Below, one piece after another: positions 9,723-20,166 of a stretch of 64,000 nt of DNA. The notes beneath the pieces were generated by a model, which had not been told where the DNA came from, ran no database searches, and saw only the letters and a list, made by a program, of their open reading frames with translations. Both the position numbers and the translations under genes were made by a program. Origin of the DNA: Thermoplasmatota archaeon (GTDB lineage Archaea > Thermoplasmatota > Thermoplasmata > UBA10834); assembly GCA_040751795.1 (NCBI GenBank), contig JBFMHR010000001.1:64001-128000 (forward strand), in the 5' to 3' direction. Every line of letters begins with the position of its first letter. Within the stretch, counting starts at the first letter, position 1.

Positions 9723-10496
9723 ATGGCGGGACGGAGGTTCGAGGGCAGGAGGGTCCTGGTCACCGGCGGGGCCTCGGGCATCGGGAAGGCGACCGCGGAG
9801 AGGTTCCTGGAGGAGGGGGCGCGCGTCGCAGTCGTGGACATCTCGGAGGCGGCGTGCAGGTCCGCGGAGGAGGAGCTGAGGGGCAGGGGCCACGAAGTCC
9901 TGATGGTCCGCGGCGACGTCAGCAGCTCCGAGGAGGTCAGGAGGACGGTCGGGAAGGTCGCCGACGCCTTCGGCGGGATAGACATACTGTTCAACAACGC
10001 GGGGATACTGGTCGAGGGGACGGTCGAGCAGGTGTCCGAGGAGGACTGGGACAGGATCATGTCCATCAACGTCAAGGGGGCGTTCCTCATGTGCAAGGAG
10101 GTGGTCCCCCTGATGCTCAGGCAGGGCAAGGGAGCCATAGTCAACAACGCGTCGTGCAGCGGCCTCGTCGGCGACAGGAACGCAATAGCATACAACACGT
10201 CAAAGGGCGCCGTCGTGCTCATGACGAAGTGCCTCGCGCTCGACTATGCCCAGAAGGGGATAAGGGCGAACTGCGTCTGCCCGGGGGAGATAGACACGCC
10301 CATGTTCAGGCAGGAGGCCAGGTCCCGCAACAAGCCGGTCGAGGAGTACAGGAAGGAGCTCTGCGAGGTCCACCCCATAGGGAGGCTCGGGGTCCCCAAG
10401 GAGGTCGCGGACGCGGTGCTGTTCCTCGCCTCCGACGACGCCAGCTTCATCACCGGCGCGGCGTTCTCCGTCGACGGCGGATACACGTGCCAATGA
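9723..10496 (+). CDS. SDR family oxidoreductase
   Basis: TGGASGIG, NNAG, YNTSKGA, CPGEIDT. Confidence 0.93.
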   Translation: MAGRRFEGRRVLVTGGASGIGKATAERFLEEGARVAVVDISEAACRSAEEELRGRGHEVLMVRGDVSSSEEVRRTVGKVADAFGGIDILFNNAGILVEGTVEQVSEEDWDRIMSINVKGAFLMCKEVVPLMLRQGKGAIVNNASCSGLVGDRNAIAYNTSKGAVVLMTKCLALDYAQKGIRANCVCPGEIDTPMFRQEARSRNKPVEEYRKELCEVHPIGRLGVPKEVADAVLFLASDDASFITGAAFSVDGGYTCQ

Positions 10497-10609
10497 GACA
10501 TGTGACCGCCAAAGGGTTTATGACCGATGGTGGCAGTCCTTAACAGCGTCAAGGGCCTGCGCCCGTGCGCGCGTGTGGGAGAGGGGGCCCTGACGGAGGG
10601 AGGAATGCC

Positions 10610-11038
10610 ATGACATCGGAGAAGCTGAAGGACCTGCTCAACAAGGCAATCGCAAGGGAGATCCAGGTGTCCGTCCAGTACATGTGGCAGCACGTGCAGT
10701 GGATGGGCGTGGAGCACTTCGCCATAAGCGGGAAGCTGAAGGAGATCGCCATCACCGAGATGAAGCACGCCGAGAAGATCGCCGAGAGGCTGTGGTACCT
10801 CGGCGGCGTCCCGACCACGAAGCCCGCGCCGATCAGCGTGGGCGACGAGATGTGGCAGATGGTGGACTTCGACATCAAGGCCGAGGTCGAGGCGATCGAG
10901 CTCTACAAGCAGATCGAGGAGGTCGCGGACGCGGAGGGCGACCCCACGACGAGGTTCATCTTCGAGAGCATCCTGGAGGACGAGGAGGACCACCACGACT
11001 TCTTCACGTCCCTCAAGGAGAGGCCGAAGAAGAAGTAG
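10610..11038 (+). CDS. Ferritin-like (bacterioferritin-type) protein
   Basis: Diiron ligands E..QY, EMKHAE, E..A...Y, EEDH. Confidence 0.9.
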   Translation: MTSEKLKDLLNKAIAREIQVSVQYMWQHVQWMGVEHFAISGKLKEIAITEMKHAEKIAERLWYLGGVPTTKPAPISVGDEMWQMVDFDIKAEVEAIELYKQIEEVADAEGDPTTRFIFESILEDEEDHHDFFTSLKERPKKK

Positions 11039-11116
11039 CCCCGCCCATACGGGTGAGAAATAGCAGAAGGAGGGACGAGGCCGCGGCCTCTCCCTCCGTT
11101 TCAGGGGTTTGCCAGC

Positions 11117-11854
11117 TCACTTCTTGGCCCTGCGCCTGCCGAGCAGCTTCCTCTTGAAGGCCTTCATCTTCATCTTCTGGATGGCCTCCGTCGGATTCAG
11201 CTTCTTCGGGCAGACCTCGACGCAGTTGAACTGCGTGTGGCAGCGCCAGACGCCGCTCTCGCCCTCGACGATGTCGAGGCGGTCGTCGTAGATCGTGTCC
11301 CTCGTATCGGCGAGGAACCTGTACGACTTCAGCAGCGCGGCCGGGCCGAGGTAGTCGCTGTTGGTCCAGGCCATGGTGCAGGAGCTGGTGCAAGAGCCGC
11401 AGAGGATGCAGTCGATCGGCTCGTTGATCGGCTGGCGCTCCTTCGGCGACTGGATGTACTCCTTCTCCGGGTACGGCTCCTTGCCGACCATGTAGGGCCT
11501 GACCCTCTTCAGCCGGTCGAAGAAGTGCGTGTAGTCCACGGCGAGGTCCTTCACGACCTTCTGGTGCGGCAGGGGGCTCAGCATCAGCTCGCCCTTCCCC
11601 ATGAACTGGGCGACCTGGGTCTCGCACGCGAGCCTCACCTTCCCGCCTATGACCATCGCGCATGAGCCGCACACGCCGGCCCTGCAGCAGAACCTGAACG
11701 CGAGGGTGCCGTCCTGGTGGTTCAGCACCTCGAAGAGCGCGTCGAGCACGGTCATCCCCGGGCGGGTCTTCACCGTGAAGCTCTGCCAGTAGGGCAGTCT
11801 GTCGGCCGTGGGGTCCTGCCTCTGCACCTTCAGGGTTATCTCGTCAGCGGCCAT
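11117..11854 (-). CDS. sdhB: Succinate dehydrogenase/fumarate reductase Fe-S subunit
   Basis: CRAGVCGSC, CILCGSCTSSC, CHTQFNCVEVCP. Confidence 0.95.
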   Translation of the reverse strand: MAADEITLKVQRQDPTADRLPYWQSFTVKTRPGMTVLDALFEVLNHQDGTLAFRFCCRAGVCGSCAMVIGGKVRLACETQVAQFMGKGELMLSPLPHQKVVKDLAVDYTHFFDRLKRVRPYMVGKEPYPEKEYIQSPKERQPINEPIDCILCGSCTSSCTMAWTNSDYLGPAALLKSYRFLADTRDTIYDDRLDIVEGESGVWRCHTQFNCVEVCPKKLNPTEAIQKMKMKAFKRKLLGRRRAKK

Positions 11855-11855
11855 C

Positions 11856-13556
11856 TCAGTACCTCCTCGCCTCGGGCTTGAACCTGGTGATCTTCACCGG
11901 CGAGTAGGTGATCACCGGCCCCTTGGGCGAATAGGTCGCTATTGTGTGCTGCAGGAACTTCGTGTCGTCCCTCTCCTTGAAGTCGAGCCTGGAGTGCGCC
12001 CCCCTGCTCTCTTCCCTCTTGAGGGCGCCCACCACTATGGCCTCGGCCACGTCCAGCATCCCCTCGATCTCTATGGCCCTCACCAGGTCGATGTTGTAGC
12101 CCTTGCCCTTGTTCTGGACAGTTATGTTGGCGTAGCGGGCCTTGAGCTCCCTGATCTTCGCCAGGGCCTCCTCCATGGGCGCCTTGTCCCTGTATATGCC
12201 GACCTTGGTGATCATCGTCTCCTTCATCTCGGCCCTTATGTCGGCGTGGTTCTCGGTGCCCTTCCTGGCCAGCATGGCGTCGAGGCGGTCCCTGGTCTCC
12301 CTGAGGCACTTGTTCATCGCGGCCTCGCCCTCCTTGAAGGCCTTCTTGGAGAGCACGTACTCGGCCGCGACCTGCCCGCACCTCTTCCCGAACACGACCG
12401 TGTCGAGGAGGGAGTTGCCTCCTAGCCTGTTGGCGCCGTGGACGCTCACGCAGCCGCACTCGCCCGCCGCGTAGAGCCCGTTGAACTTGGTCGCGCCGTC
12501 AATGTCCGTGTCGATGCCGCCCATGGTGTAGTGCTGCCCGGGCTGTATCGGCACCGGCTTCTCGATTGGGTCGACGCCGACGAAGTTGATGGCGAGGTCC
12601 CTGATGCCCGGGAGCCTCTCGAGTATCTTCTGGCGACCGAGGTGCCTGAGGTCCAGGTGCACGTAGTCCTTGCCGTCGATGCCCCTGCCCTCGTTGATCT
12701 CGGTCTGGATGGACCTGGAGACTATGTCCCTGGGCGCGAGCTCCATCGCCTTCGCGGCGTACTTGGACATGAACCTCTCGCCCTGACTGTTCACGAGGTA
12801 CCCGCCCTCGCCCCTCGCGCCCTCGGTCATCAGTATGTTGGTGCCGAAGAGCGACGTCGGGTGGAACTGGACGAACTCCATGTCCTTCAGGGGGACGCCC
12901 CTCCTGTAGCAGGCGGACTGCGCGGATCCCGTCGAAATGAGGGCGTTCGTGGACCGGCCGTATATCTGGCCGCTCCCGCCGCTCGCGATTATGACCGCCT
13001 CGGCCATGAACTGCTCGAGCTCGCCGGTCCTGAGGTTGAAGCATATGACGCCCCTGACGGCGCCCGCCTCGAGCACGAGGTCCACCATCACGCGGTCCTC
13101 GTAGAGGGGTATGTCCAGCTTCACCGAGCGCTCCCAGAGCGTGTGGAGCATGTACATGCCGGTCTTGTCGGTCGCGAAGCACGTCCTCGGGTAGCCTGCG
13201 CCGCCGAACGGCCTCTGGGCGATCTTGCCATCGTCGGTCCTGGAGAAGGGGCAGCCCCAGTGCTCGATCTCGTATATGCACGGGCCCGCCTCCTTGGTCA
13301 TGAACTCGACGGCGTCCTGGTCGGCCAGGTAGTCGCTGCCCTTTGTCGTGTCGAAGGCGTGCTTCTCCCAGTTGTCGTCCTTGGCCGCCGGGTTGTTGGC
13401 CAGGGACGCGTTCACGCCCCCCTGGGCCGCGCCCGAGTGCGACCTGACCGGGTGCACCTGCGATATTATCGCCGTGTCGGCCTTGGGGGCGCACTCTATG
13501 GCTGCCCTGAGGCCCGCGAGGCCGCCGCCGATCACCAGTATCTTGTGGTAGTACAT
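11856..13556 (-). CDS. sdhA: Succinate dehydrogenase/fumarate reductase flavoprotein subunit
   Basis: GGGLAG, RSHSGAAQGG (covalent FAD His), QFHPT, HYTMGG, HGANRLGGNSL; start ATG 13556. Confidence 0.96.
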   Translation of the reverse strand: MYYHKILVIGGGLAGLRAAIECAPKADTAIISQVHPVRSHSGAAQGGVNASLANNPAAKDDNWEKHAFDTTKGSDYLADQDAVEFMTKEAGPCIYEIEHWGCPFSRTDDGKIAQRPFGGAGYPRTCFATDKTGMYMLHTLWERSVKLDIPLYEDRVMVDLVLEAGAVRGVICFNLRTGELEQFMAEAVIIASGGSGQIYGRSTNALISTGSAQSACYRRGVPLKDMEFVQFHPTSLFGTNILMTEGARGEGGYLVNSQGERFMSKYAAKAMELAPRDIVSRSIQTEINEGRGIDGKDYVHLDLRHLGRQKILERLPGIRDLAINFVGVDPIEKPVPIQPGQHYTMGGIDTDIDGATKFNGLYAAGECGCVSVHGANRLGGNSLLDTVVFGKRCGQVAAEYVLSKKAFKEGEAAMNKCLRETRDRLDAMLARKGTENHADIRAEMKETMITKVGIYRDKAPMEEALAKIRELKARYANITVQNKGKGYNIDLVRAIEIEGMLDVAEAIVVGALKREESRGAHSRLDFKERDDTKFLQHTIATYSPKGPVITYSPVKITRFKPEARRY

Positions 13557-13561
13557 CTCGC

Positions 13562-13963
13562 TCAGCCTCCGTTGGTGATGAAGGGAAGCAGGATGACCAT
13601 GCCCCAGATGAGCGTCGCTATCCCGACGACCCACAGGGTCACGTCGATCAGCTTCCTCCTCTTCACGAACATGTCGAAGTCGAACAGAACCGTCCTGAAG
13701 CCGTTGAGGCCGTGCAGGAGCACCATCGACAGCATGCCGTAGTCGACGACGATGTACAGGAGCTGGTCAAGCCTGACGCTGACCTCGTCGAACGTTATCA
13801 GCGGCTCCTCGCCCGTCTCGGACCCCACGTCCATGAAGTGGGATGCGTACAGGTGCACCGCCAGGAAGACTATCAGCAGCACCGCGGAGAGCCTCTGGAG
13901 GGCCCATGCCCATGTGCCCGCGACCTTGGAGGTCGCGACCCTCTGCTCGGCCACCTCAGGCAC
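13562..13963 (-). CDS. sdhD: Succinate dehydrogenase membrane anchor subunit
   Basis: WALQRLSA, heme His (VHL, HGLNG), 3 TM. Confidence 0.88.
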   Translation of the reverse strand: MPEVAEQRVATSKVAGTWAWALQRLSAVLLIVFLAVHLYASHFMDVGSETGEEPLITFDEVSVRLDQLLYIVVDYGMLSMVLLHGLNGFRTVLFDFDMFVKRRKLIDVTLWVVGIATLIWGMVILLPFITNGG

Positions 13964-14372
13964 CCCCCTCAGGGAACACCAGGTGCCATATCGCGATGAG
14001 CCCGCCGACGATCAGCACGGCCGCGACGGCCATGGTGATCCAGAAGACGAGCTTCTGGCGCCTTATGCCGATGCCGAGGTCGAATAGGACGACCCTGAAC
14101 CCGTTCATCGCGTGGTATATCACCACGATCACGAGCAGGAAGTCCATGGCGACGAACAGGGGCTGCGAGGTCGTCTCCATCAGCGCATCGAAGTCCGCGC
14201 CCCCCTCAGCCATCGAAGCGGTCGATATGAACGAGAGGTGCAGGAACACGTAGGCCACGAGGACCAGCCCCGTCAGCCTGTGCCCGACCCATGCCCACAT
14301 CCCGGTCTTCATGTTCGTCGGCCAGAACTCCGAGTTCTTGCCGAACAACCACTTGAAGCTGCTTATCTTCAT
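13956..14372 (-). CDS. sdhC: Succinate dehydrogenase cytochrome b556 subunit
   Basis: GMWAWVGHRLTG, HAMNGFR, 3 TM. Confidence 0.9.
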   Translation of the reverse strand: MKISSFKWLFGKNSEFWPTNMKTGMWAWVGHRLTGLVLVAYVFLHLSFISTASMAEGGADFDALMETTSQPLFVAMDFLLVIVVIYHAMNGFRVVLFDLGIGIRRQKLVFWITMAVAAVLIVGGLIAIWHLVFPEGGA

Positions 14373-14723
14373 TCGAACACCTTTGCCGGAAATCCCGTTC
14401 CGCTCTCGCGGGGACCCTGGGAACTCAGCACTGGCGGATAGACGCCCGGAGCCCCCGGGCGCCTAGACAAGCGAGATTGTACTTAAGAGTATCTAATCGA
14501 ACATATTGTTAGCGGGTTTCACCACCGAGGGTTCAATTCTCGACGGATAGCCGTCACACAACATTCGAAATTCGTTCCTCGGGCTCGACCGCCGTTCAAA
14601 TCGCGCAAAGCGGCCCCGGACCGCGGGGCTGCGGACGGTCCATCGCACTCCCTCCCTCCTGGGAGACGGCGCCTCGGGACAGAATAAAAGTACGTGCAGG
14701 AAGATACAAGCCGCATGGCCGAC

Positions 14724-14882
14724 ATGGCGAAGTACCAGTGCAATGTGTGCGGCTGGGTGTACGACCCGGAGAAGGGCGATCCGAGCCAGAACATACCGCC
14801 AGGCACCGCCTTCGAGGACCTGCCCGACGACTGGACGTGCCCCGAGTGCGGCGCAGGCAAGGACGAGTTCAGCAAGACGTGA
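14724..14882 (+). CDS. Rubredoxin
   Basis: [10 protein letters not shown]...[18 protein letters not shown]. Confidence 0.96.
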   Translation: MAKYQCNVCGWVYDPEKGDPSQNIPPGTAFEDLPDDWTCPECGAGKDEFSKT

Positions 14883-14929
14883 GCCCTCCGGCACACACCC
14901 CTGCCCGGGGCCTCCGAAAGGTGAGCTAG

Positions 14930-15973
14930 ATGATACTCCGCCTCGCGATGATCGGTTTCGGCAACGTCGGCCAGGAGTTCGCCAGGCTCCTCCTGTCCAA
15001 GCGGCAGTGGCTCCTCAGGTCCAAGGGCCTCGATGTCGAGGTCGTCGCCATCTCAACGAAGACCAGGGGGACCTTGGTCTCAGACAGGGCTCTGGACCTC
15101 GAGGCGGTCCTCAAGGAGCTCGATGCGGTCGGCAGCCTCAAGGGCTTCCCCGGGGCGAGGGAGGACCTCTCTCCCCTTGAAGTGATTGACCGGACCGTCG
15201 CCGACATGGTCATCGAGCTGACCACACTGGACATAGGGTCGGGCAGGCCCGCGATCGACCACATCACCCGGGCCATCGAGTGCGGCATGGACGTCGTGAC
15301 GGCCAACAAGGGGCCCGTGGCATTCGCGTACCACGAGCTCAGGGCGCTCGCGCGCTCCCGCGGCGTCAGGTTCAGGTTCGAGGGCACCGTCATGGACGGG
15401 ACCCCGGTGTTCAGCCTGGTGGAGAGGACGCTGCCAGGGTGCCAGGTCCTCGGGATCAGGGGCATCCTGAACAGCACTTCGAACTACGTCCTCACCGAGA
15501 TATCCAAGGGCAGGACCGCGCAGGACGCGATCAGGGAGGCGCAGGCCCGCGGCATAGCGGAGGCGGACCCGTCCCTCGACATGGACGGGTGGGACGCGGC
15601 GGCCAAGATAACCGCCCTTGCGAACGTGTTGATGGAGGCGAGGAAGACGCCGAAGGACGTGGACAGGACGGGCGTCGGGGACGTCTCCGCCCGGACCCTG
15701 GAGGACGCGAGGGCTGCCGGCGCCAGGCTGAAGCTCGTCGCGAGCGCGTCCATGGAGGACGGGGACGTGAGGCTCGTCGTCAGGCCGGAGAGGATCGGCC
15801 CCGATAGCCCGTTCTGGTCGGTCGAGGGCACCTCCAGCGCGGTGACGATAAGGACGGACCTCATGGGGGACCTGACGATACTCGAGGAGGGCCCGGCCCT
15901 CACCCAGACCGCCTACGCGGTCTTCTCCGACATGCTCCTGGCCGTCGAATCGATCCGCAGCGGGACCCTCTGA
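14930..15973 (+). CDS. hom: Homoserine dehydrogenase
   Basis: GFGNVG, VTANKGP, EGTVMDGTP, GILNST, EADPSLDMDGWDAAAK. Confidence 0.94.
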   Translation: MILRLAMIGFGNVGQEFARLLLSKRQWLLRSKGLDVEVVAISTKTRGTLVSDRALDLEAVLKELDAVGSLKGFPGAREDLSPLEVIDRTVADMVIELTTLDIGSGRPAIDHITRAIECGMDVVTANKGPVAFAYHELRALARSRGVRFRFEGTVMDGTPVFSLVERTLPGCQVLGIRGILNSTSNYVLTEISKGRTAQDAIREAQARGIAEADPSLDMDGWDAAAKITALANVLMEARKTPKDVDRTGVGDVSARTLEDARAAGARLKLVASASMEDGDVRLVVRPERIGPDSPFWSVEGTSSAVTIRTDLMGDLTILEEGPALTQTAYAVFSDMLLAVESIRSGTL

Positions 15974-15976
15974 CCC

Positions 15977-16504
15977 TCAGTCCTTCTCGAGGCTGAACTC
16001 CATGTTGTCGTAGTAGAAACCCGCCCCGGACCTGCTGTCGCGCTCGGCGCGCAGGATGGTAAGGTGGCCCGTCTCCTCGCCGACCAGCCAGTTGAACACC
16101 TGCCTGGCGTTCGGGTCGTCGGACCTCTCCCCGGCGGTCCTGTAGTACCGTATCGACCTCTCTTCGACATCTATCCCCACGTCGATGACCTCGAGCTCTC
16201 CTGCGCCCGGGTCGAGCTCGATGTGCCTGACGTCGCCCTCCGAGAAGACCGAGTGTCCTGCCCTGGCCGAGGGCCGCCTGGCGTCCTCGAGCGTGTCCCA
16301 GCCCTTGCCACCCTCGATCCGGGCGAGCTCGTGGCTCAGCACCTCGATGTGCCTCTCCTCCTGTGTGACCAGGCTCAGGAACATGTCCTTGGACCTCTTG
16401 CGGGCGACCAATCCCGAGGCGCGCTCGAAGAACTCCCTGCCCTCGACCTCCATGGCTATCGCGCCCCTGAGCACCTCTGAAGCAGACCTATCCGTCCCGG
16501 ACAT
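15977..16504 (-). CDS. Ferritin/rubrerythrin-like diiron protein
   Basis: AIAME..G..FF, QEERH, EERSIRYY, EETGH. Confidence 0.85.
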   Translation of the reverse strand: MSGTDRSASEVLRGAIAMEVEGREFFERASGLVARKRSKDMFLSLVTQEERHIEVLSHELARIEGGKGWDTLEDARRPSARAGHSVFSEGDVRHIELDPGAGELEVIDVGIDVEERSIRYYRTAGERSDDPNARQVFNWLVGEETGHLTILRAERDSRSGAGFYYDNMEFSLEKD

Positions 16505-16573
16505 GCTGGACCTCCCTCCCCTGATCCACCGCCATCCCGTGATATATGGTTATCCACGAATGCGCGGGCCGCA

Positions 16574-17332
16574 TCACTGGGCGGTGGTCCCGCCGTCCAC
16601 GGAGAGGCAGGCCCCCGTGACGAACGAGGACTCCCCGCTGGCCAGGAACAGGACAGCCTTCGCGACCTCCTCGGGCCTTCCGATCCTGCCCATGGGGCTC
16701 TCGGCCTGGGACCTGGCCATGTAGGCCTCGGGGTCCTCCGCCGCGCGCACCTCGCGAGCGAGCATGGGCGTGTCTATTATGCCGGGGTTGACGCAGTTGA
16801 CCCTTATTCCGTGCTGGGCGTAGTCGAGGGCCATGGCCTTGGTCATCAGCGCCACGGCGCCCTTGGAGGCGCAGTATGCCGGGCAGCTCCTGTTGCCTAT
16901 GAGCCCCGCGTCGGAGGAGTTGTTCACTATGACGCCCCCGCCCTGGCGCTTCATGTGCGGGACTGCGAACTTGGCCACCATGAACGGGCCCTTGACGTTG
17001 ACGTCCATGAGCCGGTCGTACTCCTCCTCGGACATGTCCTCGACGGTCTTCTCGATATACACGCCGGCGTTGTTGAAGAGGATGTCGAGCCGTCCGAACC
17101 TGGCGACCGTCTCCTCCACCATCCTCCGCGCGTCCTCCGGCCTGGAGACGTCGCCCTGGACGAAAATGACCTCGCCCAGCCCTGACAGCGACTCGACGGC
17201 CCGGCGCCCCTTGTCCTCGGACCTCCCCGCCACGGCGACACTGGCGCCCTCTTCAAGGAACAGTCTAGCGCACGCGTACCCTATGCCCTCGGTGCCCCCC
17301 GTGACGAGGGCCGCCTTGCCCTTCAGACGCAA
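16574..17332 (-). CDS. SDR family oxidoreductase (paralog of 9723..10496)
   Basis: TGGTEGIG, NNAG, YCASKGA; TTG start after GGTG SD. Confidence 0.92.
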   Translation of the reverse strand: MRLKGKAALVTGGTEGIGYACARLFLEEGASVAVAGRSEDKGRRAVESLSGLGEVIFVQGDVSRPEDARRMVEETVARFGRLDILFNNAGVYIEKTVEDMSEEEYDRLMDVNVKGPFMVAKFAVPHMKRQGGGVIVNNSSDAGLIGNRSCPAYCASKGAVALMTKAMALDYAQHGIRVNCVNPGIIDTPMLAREVRAAEDPEAYMARSQAESPMGRIGRPEEVAKAVLFLASGESSFVTGACLSVDGGTTAQ

Positions 17333-17385
17333 TCCAACACCAGGCACCGAATCTGCCTGCTCCGAGAAATACCTTCCAGGTGGTC

Positions 17386-18750
17386 CTACCCGGACGAGGC
17401 CATCGGCAGGGCGACCTTGAACACGCTCCCCTTCGAGTGGTCCCCCGGCACGCGGTCCTCCACCCATGCCATGCCCTTGTACGCGTCCACGATGGCGCGC
17501 ACCGTGGAGAGTCCGAGCCCCGAGGCGGGCATCTTCCCCTCCTCCCCGTTGAACCTGCCGAACACGACATGCTTCTTTGAGTCAGGGATGCCTATGCCGT
17601 TGTCCGCCACGGATACGCACCAGTAGCGCATGTAGTCCACGAAGAACTCGCCTATGGACACGTCCACGACCACGGAGCCGTGCGGGTCGTAGTCGACCGC
17701 GTTCCTGAGGATGTTGGTGAATATCTCGTCCACAAGCTCGTTGCCCGTGGCGAAGTACCTGCTGTTGCCGAGCCTGAGGTTGATCTTGACGTCGCGGCCG
17801 GAGTTCTCGCGGAGGACCGAGGACACGCTCTCCTTCAGGGCCTCGCCCAGCTCCACCGGGCCCATGTTCTCGGCCCCCTCCTCCTCTATCTTCGCCAGCT
17901 TGCTGGCCCTCTGGATCAGCTCGCTGATCGACCACGCCGAGGAGGACGCCCTCTCCAGGAACTTCCTGGTGCTCTTCGCGTCCTGCCCCTCGTCCTGGGC
18001 CATCGCGAGGTAGCTCGTGACCGCCTGGTTGTAGTTGTTTATGTCGTGCGCGATTATGTCGCCGAGGAACTTGGACCTCTGGGCGACCTCCAGCTGCCGC
18101 TGGTACATCTTCGCGTTCTCGATCGCGACGCCGGCGAGCTGGGAGAACAGCTGCATCGCCTCTATGGTGTCGCGCTCGAACGTCCTCCCGCTGACCGGCT
18201 CGATTATCTCGATGTACCCGCTGACGGAGCCGTCCCTGCCGTGGAACAGCAGCTTGAGGTAGTCCATCTCGTGCCAGTCCTTGGGGTCCCCCCGCGGCTT
18301 GGTGATGTCCTGCAGGTTGAAGTAGAACAGCTCGTCGGCCTTGACGTACTCCTCCGGTCCCGGGCGGACGAAGTAGACGTTGTCTATGACCTTGTACCTC
18401 TCGTCGAGGTCCTTCTTCATCCGCTCCTGGCTGTACGTGAACTTCTTCAGCTTGTCCGCCACCGCGGGCGGGTAGCCGTGGGTCGCCCGCACCCGGAAGA
18501 CCTGCTCGTTCTCGTCGAGCACGGATATGATCAGGCCCCTGACGGAGAAGAGCTCTGCCACGGTCGAGGCGATGTCCTGGAGCACGGGGTCGAGGCGCTC
18601 GACGGACATGATGTCGGAGAGGACGCTGAGCATCTCCCCGGCGAACCTCGGAGGTGTCGGGCACCTCCTGACCGCGGGTTTGCGCCTGGACTTCTGAGCC
18701 TCCGCCATCATGCATCCCCTGGCCTGTGTCGGCTGAGTTGAGTGAACCAC
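17386..18750 (-). CDS. Cytoplasmic GAF-sensor histidine kinase (paralog of 5914..7293)
   Basis: VAIENAKMY, AHDINN, NILRNAVDY, DNGIGIP, GLGLS; start uncertain. Confidence 0.9.
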   Translation of the reverse strand: MVHSTQPTQARGCMMAEAQKSRRKPAVRRCPTPPRFAGEMLSVLSDIMSVERLDPVLQDIASTVAELFSVRGLIISVLDENEQVFRVRATHGYPPAVADKLKKFTYSQERMKKDLDERYKVIDNVYFVRPGPEEYVKADELFYFNLQDITKPRGDPKDWHEMDYLKLLFHGRDGSVSGYIEIIEPVSGRTFERDTIEAMQLFSQLAGVAIENAKMYQRQLEVAQRSKFLGDIIAHDINNYNQAVTSYLAMAQDEGQDAKSTRKFLERASSSAWSISELIQRASKLAKIEEEGAENMGPVELGEALKESVSSVLRENSGRDVKINLRLGNSRYFATGNELVDEIFTNILRNAVDYDPHGSVVVDVSIGEFFVDYMRYWCVSVADNGIGIPDSKKHVVFGRFNGEEGKMPASGLGLSTVRAIVDAYKGMAWVEDRVPGDHSKGSVFKVALPMASSG

Positions 18751-18890
18751 TACTGCCTATTATAACTTTCGCGGAACATCCGCGCGGAGCCAGCGCAGTT
18801 TCGGCGGACGGGCGCAGCGGTGCCAGCTGGGGGCACCACCTGCAAAATTCCTAATAGACGTAAGCGGATTTGGAGGCACAGAGGGGGACC

Positions 18891-19148
18891 ATGGCCGAGG
18901 AGCTTGTAGGGAACGTGATGCTGTTCTTTGCCAAACCGTGCGTCGCAGCCATCGAGATAACATCTGGGACCCTGTCCGTGGGCGACACCGTCAGGATAAA
19001 GGGTGCCACGACCGACTTCGAGCAGAGGATCGAGTCCATGGAGATCGACCGGAAGCCTGTCACGAGCGCAGGGGCGGGCCAGTCCGTCGGCGTGAAGGTC
19101 AAGGACAGGGTAAGGCAGCACGACAAGGTCTTTAAGCTGGTCGTGTAG
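18891..19148 (+). CDS. Small translation elongation factor-like beta-barrel protein (EF-Tu domain II / U32 C-terminal-like)
   Basis: VG.V..FFAKPCVAAIEI...LSVGDTV.IKG.TTDFEQ.IESME...A..GQSVGVKV..RVR..DKVF. Confidence 0.8.
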   Translation: MAEELVGNVMLFFAKPCVAAIEITSGTLSVGDTVRIKGATTDFEQRIESMEIDRKPVTSAGAGQSVGVKVKDRVRQHDKVFKLVV

Positions 19149-19182
19149 ATATTATAGCCAGCCACGCCATTCCCTCAGCTGC

Positions 19183-20166
19183 ATGAAGCCGAGCATGATC
19201 GTCCACGGCGGGGCGTGGGACATACCTGACGACCAGGTCGACGCCCACGTGAAGGGATGTGCTGCGGCGATGTGTGCCGGAAGGGACCTCCTCCTGGGCG
19301 GGGCCTCGGCGCTCGATGCGGTCGAGGCGGCGGTCTCCACGATGGAGGACGACCCCATATTCGACGCCGGGAGGGGCTCCGTGCTCAACCAGTCGGGGCA
19401 GGTCGAGATGGACGCGATTATAATGGACGGCTCGACTCTGAGGTCCGGGGCCGTCGCTGCGATTAAGCGCATGCGGAACCCCGTGAAGGTGGCGCGGCGC
19501 CTTATGGACGGGACCCAGTTCTCGATGCTCGCCGGCGACGGCGCCCTGAGGTTCGCCCTCTCGAACGGGTTCGAGGAGTGCACGGAGGAGGACCTCCTGG
19601 TCGGGAGGGAGCTCGAGGACTACAGGGAGTACCTCAGGACGGGGGTGCTCCATACAAGGGAGGAGTTCTCCGGGAGGCCTCAGGACACGGTGGGCGCCTG
19701 CGCGATGGACGTGGAAGGGCACCTCGCGTGCGCGACCTCCACCGGCGGCACCAGGAGGAAGATCGCCGGCCGCGTGGGGGACTCGCCCATAGTGGGCGCG
19801 GGCGCGTACGCGGACGACCTCCTCGGGGCGGCGTCTTCGACGGGCTGGGGCGAGAAGATCATGGCCGTGGTGCTGGCCAAGACGGCGCTTGAACTCCTCA
19901 GGGACGGGAGGGGTGCCTACATGGCCTGCGAGGGGGGACTGGAGGTGCTGGCGAGGCGCGTGGACGGCCTCGGCGGGATCATAATGGTCGACAGGAACGG
20001 GGCTGTGGGCCTGCACCACAACACGCCGCGCATGGCATACGCGTTCTTCGAGGGCGCATCTGGCCGAGAGGAGGACGGGGTCAGGAGGAAGGCTGGGCCG
20101 GCCGTGCGACGGCATCCCGGTCCTTGCAGCCAGGCGGTCCGCACATGTACGACTCGACCTCCGTGA
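19183..20166 (+). CDS. Isoaspartyl peptidase / L-asparaginase (Ntn hydrolase)
   Basis: IVHGGAW, EMDAIIMDG, DTVGA (Thr nucleophile), TSTGG, GRVGDSP. Confidence 0.93.
   Translation: MKPSMIVHGGAWDIPDDQVDAHVKGCAAAMCAGRDLLLGGASALDAVEAAVSTMEDDPIFDAGRGSVLNQSGQVEMDAIIMDGSTLRSGAVAAIKRMRNPVKVARRLMDGTQFSMLAGDGALRFALSNGFEECTEEDLLVGRELEDYREYLRTGVLHTREEFSGRPQDTVGACAMDVEGHLACATSTGGTRRKIAGRVGDSPIVGAGAYADDLLGAASSTGWGEKIMAVVLAKTALELLRDGRGAYMACEGGLEVLARRVDGLGGIIMVDRNGAVGLHHNTPRMAYAFFEGASGREEDGVRRKAGPAVRRHPGPCSQAVRTCTTRPP

Noticed and set aside
20081-20166. 86-bp convergent overlap of the asparaginase and wHTH genes as a functional antisense pair
   Set aside because: Low-complexity tails and scarce stop codons in GC-rich DNA explain it.
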